Shown here one piece after another: positions 46,138 through 56,931 of a DNA stretch of 64,000 nucleotides. The stretch lies in IMG/VR virus record IMGVR_UViG_3300027770_000032; one strand, given 5' to 3'. The notes below the pieces were generated by a model, which was not told the DNA's origin, searched no databases, and worked only from the letters and a program-made list of their open reading frames with translations. Position 1 is the stretch's first letter. Every line of letters starts with the position of its first letter. The DNA is from a virus. A program made the position numbers and the translations under genes.

Positions 46138-47037
46138 ATGTCATTTGCAGACCTCAAGCGTTCTTCCAATTCCTCGTTCGAGAAACTCACGAAAGAACTT
46201 GCTAAACAAAATACCACCTATACAGATCCCGATGAGGGCAAATATTGGAAGCATACCGTCGATAAGGCTGGTAACGGCTACGCTGTCATTCGCTTCCTTC
46301 CTGCGCCGAAGAACGAAGACATTCCCTTCGTTCGCATCTGGGACCATGGATTCCAAGGTCCAACTGGGCTTTGGTATATCGAGCGGTCGTTAACGACCAT
46401 CGGTAAAGACGATCCCGTATCGGAACATAACAGCGTTCTTTGGAACACTGGTCTTGACTCTGATAAGGAGATCGCACGCAAGCAGAAGCGCCGCTTGGCA
46501 TACCACAGCAACATCTATGTTGTGAAGGATCCAGGCAATCCTGCAAACGAAGGCAAAGTCTTCTTGTACAAATATGGCAAGAAGATCTTTGACAAGCTGA
46601 ACGATCTGATGAACCCGCAGTTCGAAGATGAGAAGCCAGTAAATCCTTTCGATCTTTGGTCAGGTGCTAACTTCAAGCTCAAAATTCGTAAGGTTGAGGG
46701 TTACCCCAACTACGATAAGTCTGAATTCGATACTCCCGCACCACTGTTCGATGATGACGCCGAGCTTGAGCGGGTCTACAATGAAGAGCGTTCGCTCACT
46801 GAAATTGTAGATCTGAAGCAGTTCAAGTCCTATGAAGATCTCAAGACTCGTTTGAATACAGTCCTTGCACTCTCTGCGGAGCCTGCAAAGATTCGTGGTG
46901 TTGATCTGGATGAAAATGAATATCGTGCACCTGCACCGACATTCAAGGAGGCGGAAGCAGTATCTGCTCCTACCTCCACAGTCAGTGATGATGACGATGA
47001 TCTTGATTTCTTCAAACGGCTTGCCGAAGAAGATTGA
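46138..47037 (+). CDS. gp32: Single-stranded DNA-binding protein
   Basis: GNGYAVIRFLPA, GKKIFDK, NYDKSEF, acidic tail; AGGAG RBS. Confidence 0.95.
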   Translation: MSFADLKRSSNSSFEKLTKELAKQNTTYTDPDEGKYWKHTVDKAGNGYAVIRFLPAPKNEDIPFVRIWDHGFQGPTGLWYIERSLTTIGKDDPVSEHNSVLWNTGLDSDKEIARKQKRRLAYHSNIYVVKDPGNPANEGKVFLYKYGKKIFDKLNDLMNPQFEDEKPVNPFDLWSGANFKLKIRKVEGYPNYDKSEFDTPAPLFDDDAELERVYNEERSLTEIVDLKQFKSYEDLKTRLNTVLALSAEPAKIRGVDLDENEYRAPAPTFKEAEAVSAPTSTVSDDDDDLDFFKRLAEED

Positions 47038-47046
47038 TAAGGTGGG

Positions 47047-47074
47047 AAAGGGCGGCTTCGGTCGCCCTTTTTTT
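47047..47074. terminator. Probably bidirectional terminator
   Basis: AAAGGGCGGC-TTCG-GTCGCCCTTT-TTTT between convergent genes. Confidence 0.9.
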
Positions 47075-49250
47075 ATACTGTTGCCGCTTGTTTATAATCG
47101 ATCGGCGCAAATCCCATACGAGTTAAGTAATATTGAATGCTGGCGTTATCTCCAGTCGACTCAGCGATTTGCATTTGAGAAGAACTCGCAGAAGCCTTTG
47201 TATCTGTTGAACTCGACTTTATCGTAGCAGCTGCAGATTCTATAATTTTTGAATCGACAATCGCATTTGTTTTTTCTCTTGCTGCTTTTCCTATATCACT
47301 TGACATTGTGCTATTAAAGCTATTTTGAAGTTGTGATCCAGTAGTAATACTCATAGGTCCTAAAGCAGCACTTAGAATATTTCCAACTGCCTTGATCGCG
47401 CCCTCCGTTAAATCAACGCCGGCTCCAATCGCTTGTTCCAAAGCGCTATCTCCGGTTCCTCCTAATGGCGCTCCTCCCACTGCTCCTTTACCATATGGTT
47501 TTTGCGGGTTATATCTTCTTATCTGCAATCCATTTTTAGCATTGTTATCTAAAAAATATCTCTTAACTTTATTGCTAGTGTTACCGGCTATGAGCTCGAC
47601 TTTATTTCCTTGTCTTACGCCTGTTGCGATACCTACATGGCCACCACCAACATCTGGGCCTAAACCACGAGTTTGAATAACAATGTCGCCTTCTTGAACA
47701 GAAGATACTGGAACATTATCTCCCCATTTTTGAAAGCTATTGGCTACATTAGTTGCGCCTTTTAATCCAGCTTGAGCGAGCGTAGAGTTTACAAATGCCG
47801 AGCACCATTTTTCATTTCGCGGATCTAATCCGACTCCACCTTGTCTTAAATAGTTGCCTATTTGTGATTCGCCAATACCAACTTGGCTAGCAGCCAGTCG
47901 TGTAGCTTTACTCAATGATTCATTAGAAGTTGCGCTAGGAGAAGATCCACCCGTTTGAGTTGCTTGTGCCGGCGCCGTAGATTTTGTACCATTAGCTGGT
48001 GCCGTAGTAGCTGGAGTAGCTGCAGGAGTTGCAGAAGAATTCGCAGGAGTTGCAGAAGCAGGCGCTGCAGAAGAAGGAGTTGTAGCTGCAGAAGAAGAAG
48101 GCGTTACAGCGGTTGCAGAAGAAGCGCGAGTAGCATCAGAACCCGAAGATCCTGTTGCTCCACCAGAAGCGCCGGACTTTGAAGAAGATTTAGGTCCTGG
48201 AAAAGCAGTTAAAATTTCTTCTGGTGAATTCGGCCCGCTTGAAGCTTTGTTACCGGAAGCAACAGATTGTTTTGGACCTGAAAATGATGTGGAATCTTCT
48301 GATTGATCGCTGGTTTGTTGCATTTTACCAGCAGGTTGTGTTACGTCTTTTGCAGAAGAACCAGTTTCAGTCGATGATTTTTCTGCTGCCCTTGACTCTG
48401 GAGTTCCTACAATATTGCGTAGGCCGTCATTAAAAACTCCAGCTATTCCTGATGCAAAATCATAAACGCCTTTTGCAAAGCTTACAATAGCATTAAAAGT
48501 TTCTTTTACCGGATCGAGTTGAGATATAAAAAGAGCTCCAGCAGCAACGGCTGCACCTAATAATATACCACTGGATTCTTTATTTGCTTTTTCTACTTCA
48601 GCATCGACTTTTTCTTGTTCTAAATTAGGTGTAGCATCTGATTTCGTTGCACCTTGTTCTATCGATTGTTCTTTTGCAGACGCATTCTGTGAATTAGATA
48701 ATGCCATATCATTGGCTAGTCTTTGCTTTAAATATCCATCAATGACAGATAGCTTCTCTATCATCTGAACGATAGGAGAATTAATTTTTATACTTGGCGC
48801 AGGAAGTTGACCTCCTCCAGAAGTAGCTTTTATTTTTTGTTTTCCGGCTTGTCCGGTTGCTCCCATTCCTGCAAAGACTTGTCCAGCAGCAGCTTTCTTC
48901 GCCCAACTTTCGTAAAGCTTTTCTTCTTCGGTCGTACCTTCTATAATACCTTGATAAGCAGCTTCAATCAGTTTACTAAAGGCAGGATTGGCAGCGTCTT
49001 TAGTTTTCTTGTCGATCCATACGTTGCTATTCAGATCCCATACGTATTCTGTTTTACCGAGTTTTATAACAGGTCGAGAAGGATCAATACGAACACGCTT
49101 CTTCTTGCCTTCAGAAAGAGAATTCTCAGATTGAAGATTATTCAGAAGCTTAAGTAAGCCTTCGGGCGCTTTTATTTTTGTCTTTTGATCTACCCATCCA
49201 TCACCAGTTTTAATGAAGGTTTGGCCGCCAATCGTAACCGGTTCAGCCAT
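47073..49250 (-). CDS. Tail/baseplate protein with a CHAP/NlpC-like amidase domain
   Basis: WCSAFVN...GHVG...GNT; Ser/Ala/Thr linker. Confidence 0.7.
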   Translation of the reverse strand: MAEPVTIGGQTFIKTGDGWVDQKTKIKAPEGLLKLLNNLQSENSLSEGKKKRVRIDPSRPVIKLGKTEYVWDLNSNVWIDKKTKDAANPAFSKLIEAAYQGIIEGTTEEEKLYESWAKKAAAGQVFAGMGATGQAGKQKIKATSGGGQLPAPSIKINSPIVQMIEKLSVIDGYLKQRLANDMALSNSQNASAKEQSIEQGATKSDATPNLEQEKVDAEVEKANKESSGILLGAAVAAGALFISQLDPVKETFNAIVSFAKGVYDFASGIAGVFNDGLRNIVGTPESRAAEKSSTETGSSAKDVTQPAGKMQQTSDQSEDSTSFSGPKQSVASGNKASSGPNSPEEILTAFPGPKSSSKSGASGGATGSSGSDATRASSATAVTPSSSAATTPSSAAPASATPANSSATPAATPATTAPANGTKSTAPAQATQTGGSSPSATSNESLSKATRLAASQVGIGESQIGNYLRQGGVGLDPRNEKWCSAFVNSTLAQAGLKGATNVANSFQKWGDNVPVSSVQEGDIVIQTRGLGPDVGGGHVGIATGVRQGNKVELIAGNTSNKVKRYFLDNNAKNGLQIRRYNPQKPYGKGAVGGAPLGGTGDSALEQAIGAGVDLTEGAIKAVGNILSAALGPMSITTGSQLQNSFNSTMSSDIGKAAREKTNAIVDSKIIESAAATIKSSSTDTKASASSSQMQIAESTGDNASIQYYLTRMGFAPIDYKQAATV

Positions 49251-51493
49251 TATGCAATTACCAATTTTTGATGTTGCATATATTTTTCCATAAGCAAGCT
49301 ATCGCTTGGGTAATTCGGATCAAAGTGATCTCGCTTACTATCGTTTGAAGATCCGGGTTTTCCAATAGGAGATATACTTGCAGATGCTGGTTCGGTTGCT
49401 GCTTTAGTAGAATCTAATTTCCCTAAATCAACAGTGTTTTGTAATTCTGTAGATATTTTAGAAATTTTGGCAGCTGCCGCAGATTCTGATTTTACAGGAG
49501 TTTGCATATTATTATTAAATTTATTAGATAACTGCGAACCGGTTGTAAGACTCATCTCTCCAAGACTAGCTTGAAGCACTTTACCGGCGCTTTCAATTGC
49601 ACCTTTACCTAAATCAGCAAGAGAACCCATAACACCGGCTGATTGTTGCGAACTTGCTCCTTGCGAATCATAAGAAGAAGCCGAATATTTTCCACCTGTA
49701 TAATCTGCCATCCATTTTGCTTGATATGCTTGTGGAGTCATACCATTGTTTACAGCAAGAGCTTTTGCCGACATCTTTCCTTGTATATTGCCGGTATACC
49801 AGGCAAGTGGAACTTTTGAAACATCGCCGCCGGCTTTTTGTAATATCTCTTCAATGTATTTTGCTGCAACAGCATCTTGAATAGGAGGAGGAGCAAGATA
49901 AGCACTACTATATTCTGTTCCTATATTATACTTTTTGGTTAATCCTCTCCAAGATTCATTTGTAAAGGCATAAGCGCCAGATGCAGTTTGACCTGGCATA
50001 CCATTAGGGTGTGGAATACCATAATTGCCACCAGACTCGCGTGTTCTGATAGTAGCAAGGATTTTTTCTACATCCGCAGGAATTGAAGGAAGATTTTCCA
50101 TTTGAGCTGCAGAAGCTGTCGGTGCACCCGCAATATTGCCTGAACTTGATACTGGGGTTGCATCAGGTGTTGCGGCTGTAGATACAGGCGATGCATTTGC
50201 TTTCTCGGCATCAGTTGCTTCTTGTGCTCTTGCCTCAGCGGTTTCTGAGAATTCTACCCAAATTTGATATAAATCCCACAGCAACCATGCAGCAAAACCC
50301 GCTGCAATTAGCTTTGTTACTATCGCTGAGACGGCTGCGACAGGTATACCTACACCGGTAGAAGCTACAGCAGCTTCAGCAGCAGTAGTTGCAGCCGCAG
50401 TTGCTGCGACAGCAGCGATTTCAGCAAGAAGCCTTTGCTGGGCTTTTTTTTCTAAATATCTTAAAAAGAGATTCCACAATCTATTTTTGCCGTATGCTGA
50501 AAAAGCAAAACGTATAAAAGCTTTCTCTGCAAACCATGCACTAAATCTTGCAGCTTGTCTTGCGACAAATCCAGACACAGCACCGGCCGCCGCTTTTATG
50601 CCTTTATATGCAAATTTAATAGCGGTGACAGGAGCTATAGCTACTGCTGCGAGTGGAAAATTACTGACTATCGATGAAAGCAGTCCTTGACCACCTTCTC
50701 TTTGTCCTGTTTTTTCATTAAATGTCCCATAAGCATCTTCATATATTTTCCCGCCAATTAATCCGAGAAGTGCTCCTCTCCACCCAAATGTACTTCCTAT
50801 TGCAGCTCCTGCGATTGCTGTTGTGCCCATTGCTGCCGCAAAATTTTGAACGAAACCAATGATAGGAGATATCTTATCAGTAAAAGCAGACCAATTCGAT
50901 TTTAGTTCTTCTAATTGTGATGTGTCTAAATTTCCAAGGGCGGCGAGGCCAAGCGTACCAAGCAAACCTGCCCCGATTAAAAGTTTTCCAACAGTTCCAG
51001 CTCTTTCTTTGGCGTTATCCTTTATCGCGTCGAGTTTTTCTCCTAAATTACTAAATGGGTTTTGAAATGAGCTTCCGCCAGATTCGATCGAAGCTTCTTT
51101 TTCTGCCTGCGCTTGTTGTTGAAATGCTCTTCTTTCAAACTGAAGTTGTTGCTCAAGAGTTTTTTCAATCGAAGAAAGATAGTTGACTGCTACTAATAAC
51201 AGTTTTTCTGTAGGCATATTTGGATTGACTGCCGGACGTGCAGATTTTTTAGGAGAAGCGGGAATCGTGCCCGAACCAGACACTTTCGACTTTCCGGCTT
51301 GACCTGCCATACCAACACCGTTAATAACAGTTACTGGTGCAGGAGAAAGAGCTCCTTCGAGAGCTCCTCCTACCGCTTCTCCAACGCCGCGCACGGCATT
51401 GCCAGCAGCTTCTACTACTTTTCCTGCTAGACCGAAAGTACCTTCGATGGTCGATTTTACTGCAGCAGAAACCGGTGTTTCAAATAACGCCAT
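49250..51493 (-). CDS. Tail/baseplate hub protein with a lysozyme/transglycosylase-like domain
   Basis: IRTRESGGNY...ASGAYAF...QDAVA; hydrophobic segments. Confidence 0.7.
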   Translation of the reverse strand: MALFETPVSAAVKSTIEGTFGLAGKVVEAAGNAVRGVGEAVGGALEGALSPAPVTVINGVGMAGQAGKSKVSGSGTIPASPKKSARPAVNPNMPTEKLLLVAVNYLSSIEKTLEQQLQFERRAFQQQAQAEKEASIESGGSSFQNPFSNLGEKLDAIKDNAKERAGTVGKLLIGAGLLGTLGLAALGNLDTSQLEELKSNWSAFTDKISPIIGFVQNFAAAMGTTAIAGAAIGSTFGWRGALLGLIGGKIYEDAYGTFNEKTGQREGGQGLLSSIVSNFPLAAVAIAPVTAIKFAYKGIKAAAGAVSGFVARQAARFSAWFAEKAFIRFAFSAYGKNRLWNLFLRYLEKKAQQRLLAEIAAVAATAAATTAAEAAVASTGVGIPVAAVSAIVTKLIAAGFAAWLLWDLYQIWVEFSETAEARAQEATDAEKANASPVSTAATPDATPVSSSGNIAGAPTASAAQMENLPSIPADVEKILATIRTRESGGNYGIPHPNGMPGQTASGAYAFTNESWRGLTKKYNIGTEYSSAYLAPPPIQDAVAAKYIEEILQKAGGDVSKVPLAWYTGNIQGKMSAKALAVNNGMTPQAYQAKWMADYTGGKYSASSYDSQGASSQQSAGVMGSLADLGKGAIESAGKVLQASLGEMSLTTGSQLSNKFNNNMQTPVKSESAAAAKISKISTELQNTVDLGKLDSTKAATEPASASISPIGKPGSSNDSKRDHFDPNYPSDSLLMEKYMQHQKLVIA

Positions 51494-51675
51494 TACTTTC
51501 TTCTACTCTCTATTTCTTGTCTCTGTTCTTCAAGATGAGCCATTAACAAATCAACGTAGAGATCTCTTTCATAAGGTATTAAATTTTCAATCTCAGTGAT
51601 CGAATATTTGTGATGTTGAGCCAAAGCAAAGATCATGCTATAGTAGTTCTGAAGCGAGTTATGACTCAGCGCCAC
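51493..51675 (-). CDS. gp51: Baseplate hub assembly protein
   Basis: FALAQHHKYSITEIENLIPYERDLYV. Confidence 0.8.
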   Translation of the reverse strand: MALSHNSLQNYYSMIFALAQHHKYSITEIENLIPYERDLYVDLLMAHLEEQRQEIESRRK

Positions 51676-52376
51676 ATAAAAAAATCTTTGAGATTCGTTA
51701 ACTCGATACTCCTATCATTACCAAGTTCATTTGTGTATTCAATCTTATGATATAACTTCGGCATCTTCTCAAAGAATTGCCGAATTAAATCGAAAGAATT
51801 GACTGGCAATTGATCGAGAAACTCTTCGAGTTCTTTGTCTGTATATTCAGAAGCAGGATAGATTTCATCTTCTGTTACGATCGTATCAATACAATTGATG
51901 ATAAAGAATGTCATGAGATCAACTTCATTATCAAACTGTGTGATTTTATCAGTGATGCTCGAGCTTGGATACTTCATAATCATTGCAATATTATCAGACA
52001 GTTTGATAGTCGAATCAACACCTTCAGGCATTTCGACCTCAATTGTATCGAGGTTTAATTCAAAGTCATAGACTTTATCATCTTCGTTATCGCGATATGA
52101 TAGCTTAACAATGTTGTTGACAGATTTGGCGCGAAGCTTTAAGAACAAGTATTCAAGATCGAAAGTCGTCAGCTTATCAACATCAAAATCTTCGTCTTGC
52201 ACACAGAGTCTTAAGATCTGCTTGATAGCCCTGATCACATCAGTGTCTTCTCCGCCTTGTTGAGAGATGAGTAAGATCTTTTCTTCTTTCACCAAGAATG
52301 GTCGAAAGAGAATCTTTTTCTTTGAAGAGGGAATCGTCACGTCAAAGAGTGGTTGGTCGATTTTTGGCAAAGGCAT
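51666..52376 (-). CDS. gp26: Baseplate hub subunit
   Basis: MPLPKI, FRPFLVKEEK, LRAKSV. Confidence 0.88.
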   Translation of the reverse strand: MPLPKIDQPLFDVTIPSSKKKILFRPFLVKEEKILLISQQGGEDTDVIRAIKQILRLCVQDEDFDVDKLTTFDLEYLFLKLRAKSVNNIVKLSYRDNEDDKVYDFELNLDTIEVEMPEGVDSTIKLSDNIAMIMKYPSSSITDKITQFDNEVDLMTFFIINCIDTIVTEDEIYPASEYTDKELEEFLDQLPVNSFDLIRQFFEKMPKLYHKIEYTNELGNDRSIELTNLKDFFMWR

Positions 52377-52399
52377 TATATATTCTCCTAAATTATAAA

Positions 52400-53701
52400 T
52401 TATGATTCGACAGTTGTTATTTGATTTCCAAGAGTGTCATATCGTTTCGGAAACCCGGCGAGTTCAACGCCGCGGTTAGAAAATGTGTCTGGCGGAAGAG
52501 GAGGTGGCGAACCTCTTGATCTAAATCCATCGCCGATGATTGTAGTTTCATTTGATAGATCTGTCAGTTCGAGGCCGCGAGCACCTGTTGGATCGAGAGT
52601 AGCAAGATCAACAACACCTCCAGCACCCATTCCTTGAACCGCATACGGACCAGTCGCAGTTACTTTAATTTCATCATTAATCGATTGGCTTTTTTTATTC
52701 TTCGATTTCGATCTTTCAATTCGAAGATCAGTAAAAGAAAAAGTTATGTTTAATTTCATTAAAGTATTTTCTTCGCTCCATGACATATTCATACTTTGTA
52801 TGCCGGTAGGAAAAACATCATATATATGATATTCCATCACAGCATTTTGTGACCGATCATATACAAATACATTTACATTCGGACACGCATACGTATCTTT
52901 GTAAGCGATCTCATATGGTCTTCGCATACCACCAATTTTATTATTATTCATATTCGCGCCACCAAAAGAGTCGCGATTGACAATTAAATTTAACCATTCT
53001 TCAAAGAATTCTACAACCAGCGCGTCTTTATCGACGATGAACTGAAGAGTAAAATCTCCGACATTTACGCCATACGCAACATTTTCAACTGGGCCAAATC
53101 CATATCTTCTAATGTTTTGTTCTTGTAATAGATTAATAGAAGGAAGAACAACGTTATCACATCTCATTGTCAGAATCGAATCGAGATTTCCGGCTGGAAA
53201 CTTTTTTATTGCCCATGGCATCGGAGCAAAAACTGTTAAGAAGCTGTGTGTAGGAAGTATACTATCTGCACCAGAAACTTCGGCTCGGAATCGACCGATA
53301 TTAAATATGCTTTTAGTACGTTCACCCGTATCAAACGCAGAATTTTTAGTTTCAATTTCTTGTTTTGTATTAGTATTGATACCTTTAGCTACTTGTGTTT
53401 TTGCCACAGGCTTAGGTTTCGCGGTTGCTCCTTGTGCACCACCTCTGCTTGTTGCGCCTTGAGAGCCCCGCGCGCCTTGCGGATTATCACGAGCCTCAAT
53501 CCTGTCAAATAATTCTTGATAAGCACGCTCAGTTGATCCTACTTTGGCTCTTCCTCCAGTATTTCCGCCTTTTACCTGACTCGACTGAACAAATGCACTG
53601 ATAGGTTTTCCAGATACAGACTCAACTAGTGGACTAAAAAAAGTTAAAAGTCTCCCGGCGGCGGTATTTTGTTTGGTTCTTCCTTCAGCTTTGTTTGACA
53701 T
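52400..53701 (-). CDS. gp54: Baseplate-tail tube initiator-like protein
   Basis: Tube-fold C-terminal half (FFEEW...DVFPT...FSF); synteny. Confidence 0.6.
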   Translation of the reverse strand: MSNKAEGRTKQNTAAGRLLTFFSPLVESVSGKPISAFVQSSQVKGGNTGGRAKVGSTERAYQELFDRIEARDNPQGARGSQGATSRGGAQGATAKPKPVAKTQVAKGINTNTKQEIETKNSAFDTGERTKSIFNIGRFRAEVSGADSILPTHSFLTVFAPMPWAIKKFPAGNLDSILTMRCDNVVLPSINLLQEQNIRRYGFGPVENVAYGVNVGDFTLQFIVDKDALVVEFFEEWLNLIVNRDSFGGANMNNNKIGGMRRPYEIAYKDTYACPNVNVFVYDRSQNAVMEYHIYDVFPTGIQSMNMSWSEENTLMKLNITFSFTDLRIERSKSKNKKSQSINDEIKVTATGPYAVQGMGAGGVVDLATLDPTGARGLELTDLSNETTIIGDGFRSRGSPPPLPPDTFSNRGVELAGFPKRYDTLGNQITTVES

Positions 53702-54300
53702 TACTTAGTAACTCCCAGCATTCTTTTGGTATCCATCCAAACTTGATTCTTCTTTGCTTTGACGAAGCGTTCTGTTGGTAGGAATAAGGCGATATCCCAT
53801 TCTGAAGGATAAACGTACATAAACTTTGATTGTACATGTGAAGCCAAATAATGCTTAATGCATGGAGCATACCATCTTAGCTTTGCTGCTTGAGTCATCA
53901 GTTCGTAGCTGAGTTTAAGCTTTGTTGACTCGTCGTAACGAGTGTTGTTTGCAAAGTCATATAACCCATCCATCAACTTCGCTCTTAGCTGCAAAGGAAG
54001 ATAGTGTAGATTCAATCCCATGAATCCACCCTTGACTTTCTTATATGGAAAGATCAAAGGAAATCTATCGTAATATGGAAGCTCTTCTTTATGTTTCGGA
54101 TCGTAGTAGAACATGTACATTGAGCCGAGAAGAGGTTGAGTAGTCATACGACTCACGTCACCCTTCATCATCTCACGCTCATTAATACGACTCATCTTAC
54201 CTGCAGTATCTCGAAACCAAGCACGCGCAGAGTTTGTACGTGCAGGAATCTGTCCTGAACGAACACCTTGTGTGATGATGGTATCAAATACGGTTGCCAT
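53701..54300 (-). CDS. gp2: DNA end protector
   Basis: YDPKHKEELPYYDRFPL, GLNLHYL, CIKHYL. Confidence 0.9.
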   Translation of the reverse strand: MATVFDTIITQGVRSGQIPARTNSARAWFRDTAGKMSRINEREMMKGDVSRMTTQPLLGSMYMFYYDPKHKEELPYYDRFPLIFPYKKVKGGFMGLNLHYLPLQLRAKLMDGLYDFANNTRYDESTKLKLSYELMTQAAKLRWYAPCIKHYLASHVQSKFMYVYPSEWDIALFLPTERFVKAKKNQVWMDTKRMLGVTK

Positions 54301-54740
54301 TAAAACTTAATTCCTAGTTCTTTTTCAGTAAGTATGTCGAACTTCCAACCACGATCGTTGCAGTATACCGCTGCAGCTCTCCACTTGGCTTCATTGACAC
54401 CCCATGTCATGACTTCATTAATATAACGCTTATTAGGCTTATTTATCACCACTGGAGGCCGCGTCTGCGCATGAGGTTTTATTTCAACGACAATCGTATC
54501 GATTTTACCTTCTGGTGATTTCTTCTTTACGATGAAGTCTGGAAAGTATCGATGTACGCGATTGTCGAGAGGAGAGCGATAAGGAATGACTAACTCTTCG
54601 CTCCCCCATTGCACGACATTCGGATGAGAATCTAAGTACATCATGAACTTGAGTTCCCATCGACTACGATATACGATATTGTTCGAGTCTCCGAGATATT
54701 TCTTTATATCCTTTGGTCGAAACTTTCCTTGATAAGCCAT
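54300..54740 (-). CDS. gp4: Head completion nuclease
   Basis: MAYQGKF...YRSRWE..HRYFPDF..EIKP; start revised to 54740. Confidence 0.9.
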   Translation of the reverse strand: MAYQGKFRPKDIKKYLGDSNNIVYRSRWELKFMMYLDSHPNVVQWGSEELVIPYRSPLDNRVHRYFPDFIVKKKSPEGKIDTIVVEIKPHAQTRPPVVINKPNKRYINEVMTWGVNEAKWRAAAVYCNDRGWKFDILTEKELGIKF

Positions 54741-54745
54741 AAATC

Positions 54746-54757
54746 TATTTATAAATA
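54746..54757. promoter_or_regulatory. Overlapping divergent late promoters
   Basis: Palindrome TATTTATAAATA gives TATAAATA on both strands, between gp4 and gp48. Confidence 0.8.
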
Positions 54758-54789
54758 AGCTGATAGCCTTTTTAAATTTGAGAGACGAT

Positions 54790-56088
54790 ATGGCAAGAGA
54801 CGGATTTTTAGTAAGCTTAGATGACTTTAAAAAAGGTTCGGGAGGACTTCTAAATAATATTGCTAAAAAGATTACGAATAAGCTTGAAGATAAACTCGAG
54901 AATGCCGTCGAAGATCTTTTTGCCAAAGCGTTAAAGAAGGTAGGATTTTCTGATGCAACTGCAGCTAAACTTTCTGCAAGATTCGGCGATTCTTTAACTG
55001 CCGGCCTTGAAGACAAGTATTTCCAAACATTTACAAGTGAAATGAAACGAGCATCTTGCGCCGACATTCGTAACAATTTTAATCCACAAAATGGTAATAT
55101 CATAGGCGCTTCGGCTTTTGCCGAAACATATGTTGATGCTATTCAAAGAGCTTCGAATAAAATTACTCTTGCCGACGGCAAGGAAAGCTTAGATACGCTG
55201 CAGTTTCCTGATCATATCAGTGAAAATTATTATATGTCATTTAAGTTTAAACAATACCAACGTCCTTCTCCTCATACAAAAGGAGATCTCAAGTTTGTAC
55301 AAGCATTTGCTCTTCCTCTTCCGAAAGGAATAAGAGAAAGCTTCGAAATCAACGTTGATCAAAGCCCGCAAGGTTTAAAAGGCGGAATTGCAGATGCGAT
55401 GCAAAACTTTATAAGCTCACCCGGTGGTAAGGAACGAACACAAGCTATAACAAATTCGGTAGCGGCGCTTGCTTTTAGTGCGATGGTTCAATCAACAGGA
55501 GATATAGGAGCTCTCGGAGCTCAAGCGATTGGCGCTGTTCCAAATCCTCACATACAAGCTTTATTTAGCGGAGTCCCACTCCGTACTCACAGATTTGAGT
55601 GGACGTTTGCTCCTCGTAATCCAGAAGAAAGTCAACAGTTAATGAATCTGTTGAAAGCAATGAAAGCATATGCTTTGCCATCATATAGCAGCTTAGGAAC
55701 TGCGGCGCTCGCATATCCTTTCTTATGTCAACCAGAATTAAGAATTATGAAAGGTGAACCTGGATTAATTCAATTTTTCCCGTGTCTTATTCAATCAATC
55801 GATCTAAATTATTCTCCGCAAGGAATTCCTGCATTCTTTGAAGGCACGAGTCATCCGGCATTTATTGAATGTTCAATTTCAATGCTTGAAACACAGATTC
55901 AAACTTCGCGCGACTATGGTAGAGAAGGCGGAGATCGGCTCAGTGAAACTTGGGAAACTTTCAAGAAACAAATACAAAAAGGCATTGATGCTGCGGGACT
56001 TGATTTTAATATTGATAAAACAATAGCTGACACCACGGGTTACGTAGAAGGTGCTCTTAGCAATAAAGAAGAAAAGAAACCTCAATAA
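54790..56088 (+). CDS. gp48: Baseplate tail tube cap
   Basis: NPHIQALFSGV.LRTHRFEW.FAPRN.EES. Confidence 0.75.
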   Translation: MARDGFLVSLDDFKKGSGGLLNNIAKKITNKLEDKLENAVEDLFAKALKKVGFSDATAAKLSARFGDSLTAGLEDKYFQTFTSEMKRASCADIRNNFNPQNGNIIGASAFAETYVDAIQRASNKITLADGKESLDTLQFPDHISENYYMSFKFKQYQRPSPHTKGDLKFVQAFALPLPKGIRESFEINVDQSPQGLKGGIADAMQNFISSPGGKERTQAITNSVAALAFSAMVQSTGDIGALGAQAIGAVPNPHIQALFSGVPLRTHRFEWTFAPRNPEESQQLMNLLKAMKAYALPSYSSLGTAALAYPFLCQPELRIMKGEPGLIQFFPCLIQSIDLNYSPQGIPAFFEGTSHPAFIECSISMLETQIQTSRDYGREGGDRLSETWETFKKQIQKGIDAAGLDFNIDKTIADTTGYVEGALSNKEEKKPQ

Positions 56089-56930
56089 TGGCAAGATATT
56101 TCGATCGATTTCCAATTGTAGACTACGACGGAAACGTTGCCAAGAATATCTTGGCACGCGTCGACTTTACTGACAAAACGAAGAAAGAAATCTATTCTAC
56201 TTTTCAGTTTACACTCGAAGAAGGCTTCGAGAGACCAGATATTTTGTCTTATAACTATTACGGATCTTCGAAATTTGATTGGATGATCTATCTTACGAAC
56301 AACATCGTTGATCCTTACTACGACTATTATAAGTCGATAGAAGATTTTAAAAGTTATATTGAAACAAAGTATGGTTCAAATTCGAATGCTCGAGCGATTA
56401 CTCTTTTCTATCGATTAAACTGGCATGAAGACGAAAGAATTATTACTCTTCAACAATACGATTCTCTTCTTGCGAATGAAACTACAAATACTCAAAAGTA
56501 TTGGAAGCCAAAGCTTACGAACACTGGTGCAGTGATCGGTTACGAAAGAATCAAAGAAGATTGGATAGTATCTACAAACAAAATACTATCGTTGACTCTT
56601 ACTGCTTCTCCAACACAATTCGAAGTCGGAGACAAAATATCTCAGACGAGTACTGGGGCTGGTGCGACTATCGACTATATTGATCTTGAAAATAATAGCT
56701 TAACCGTAAAGCACGTGAATGGAACGTTTGCAGTCAATGAAGCAGAAGGAATACAAGCAATTACTCTGATAAAGCAAAATATTTCTGATGCAGAAACAGA
56801 ATATTGGTATGCTGTAAATGCATATGATGATGAGAAAGAAACAAACGAACTCAAGCGAAATATATTTGTTCTCAAGTCTTCTTATCTTGCCGAAACAGAA
56901 AAACAATTTATACAACAATTGAGTTTGTAA
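56088..56930 (+). CDS. gp53: Baseplate wedge protein
   Basis: YFDRFP, RPDILSYNYYG, NELKRNI. Confidence 0.85.
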   Translation: MARYFDRFPIVDYDGNVAKNILARVDFTDKTKKEIYSTFQFTLEEGFERPDILSYNYYGSSKFDWMIYLTNNIVDPYYDYYKSIEDFKSYIETKYGSNSNARAITLFYRLNWHEDERIITLQQYDSLLANETTNTQKYWKPKLTNTGAVIGYERIKEDWIVSTNKILSLTLTASPTQFEVGDKISQTSTGAGATIDYIDLENNSLTVKHVNGTFAVNEAEGIQAITLIKQNISDAETEYWYAVNAYDDEKETNELKRNIFVLKSSYLAETEKQFIQQLSL

Positions 56931-56931
56931 T

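Noticed and set aside
47940-48200. GCAGAAG-type short repeats
   Set aside because: Explained by a Ser/Ala/Thr/Pro linker in the minus-strand protein
54740-55103. 120-aa N-terminal extension of gp4
   Set aside because: Antisense to gp48; gp4 homology and the late promoter indicate a start at 54740
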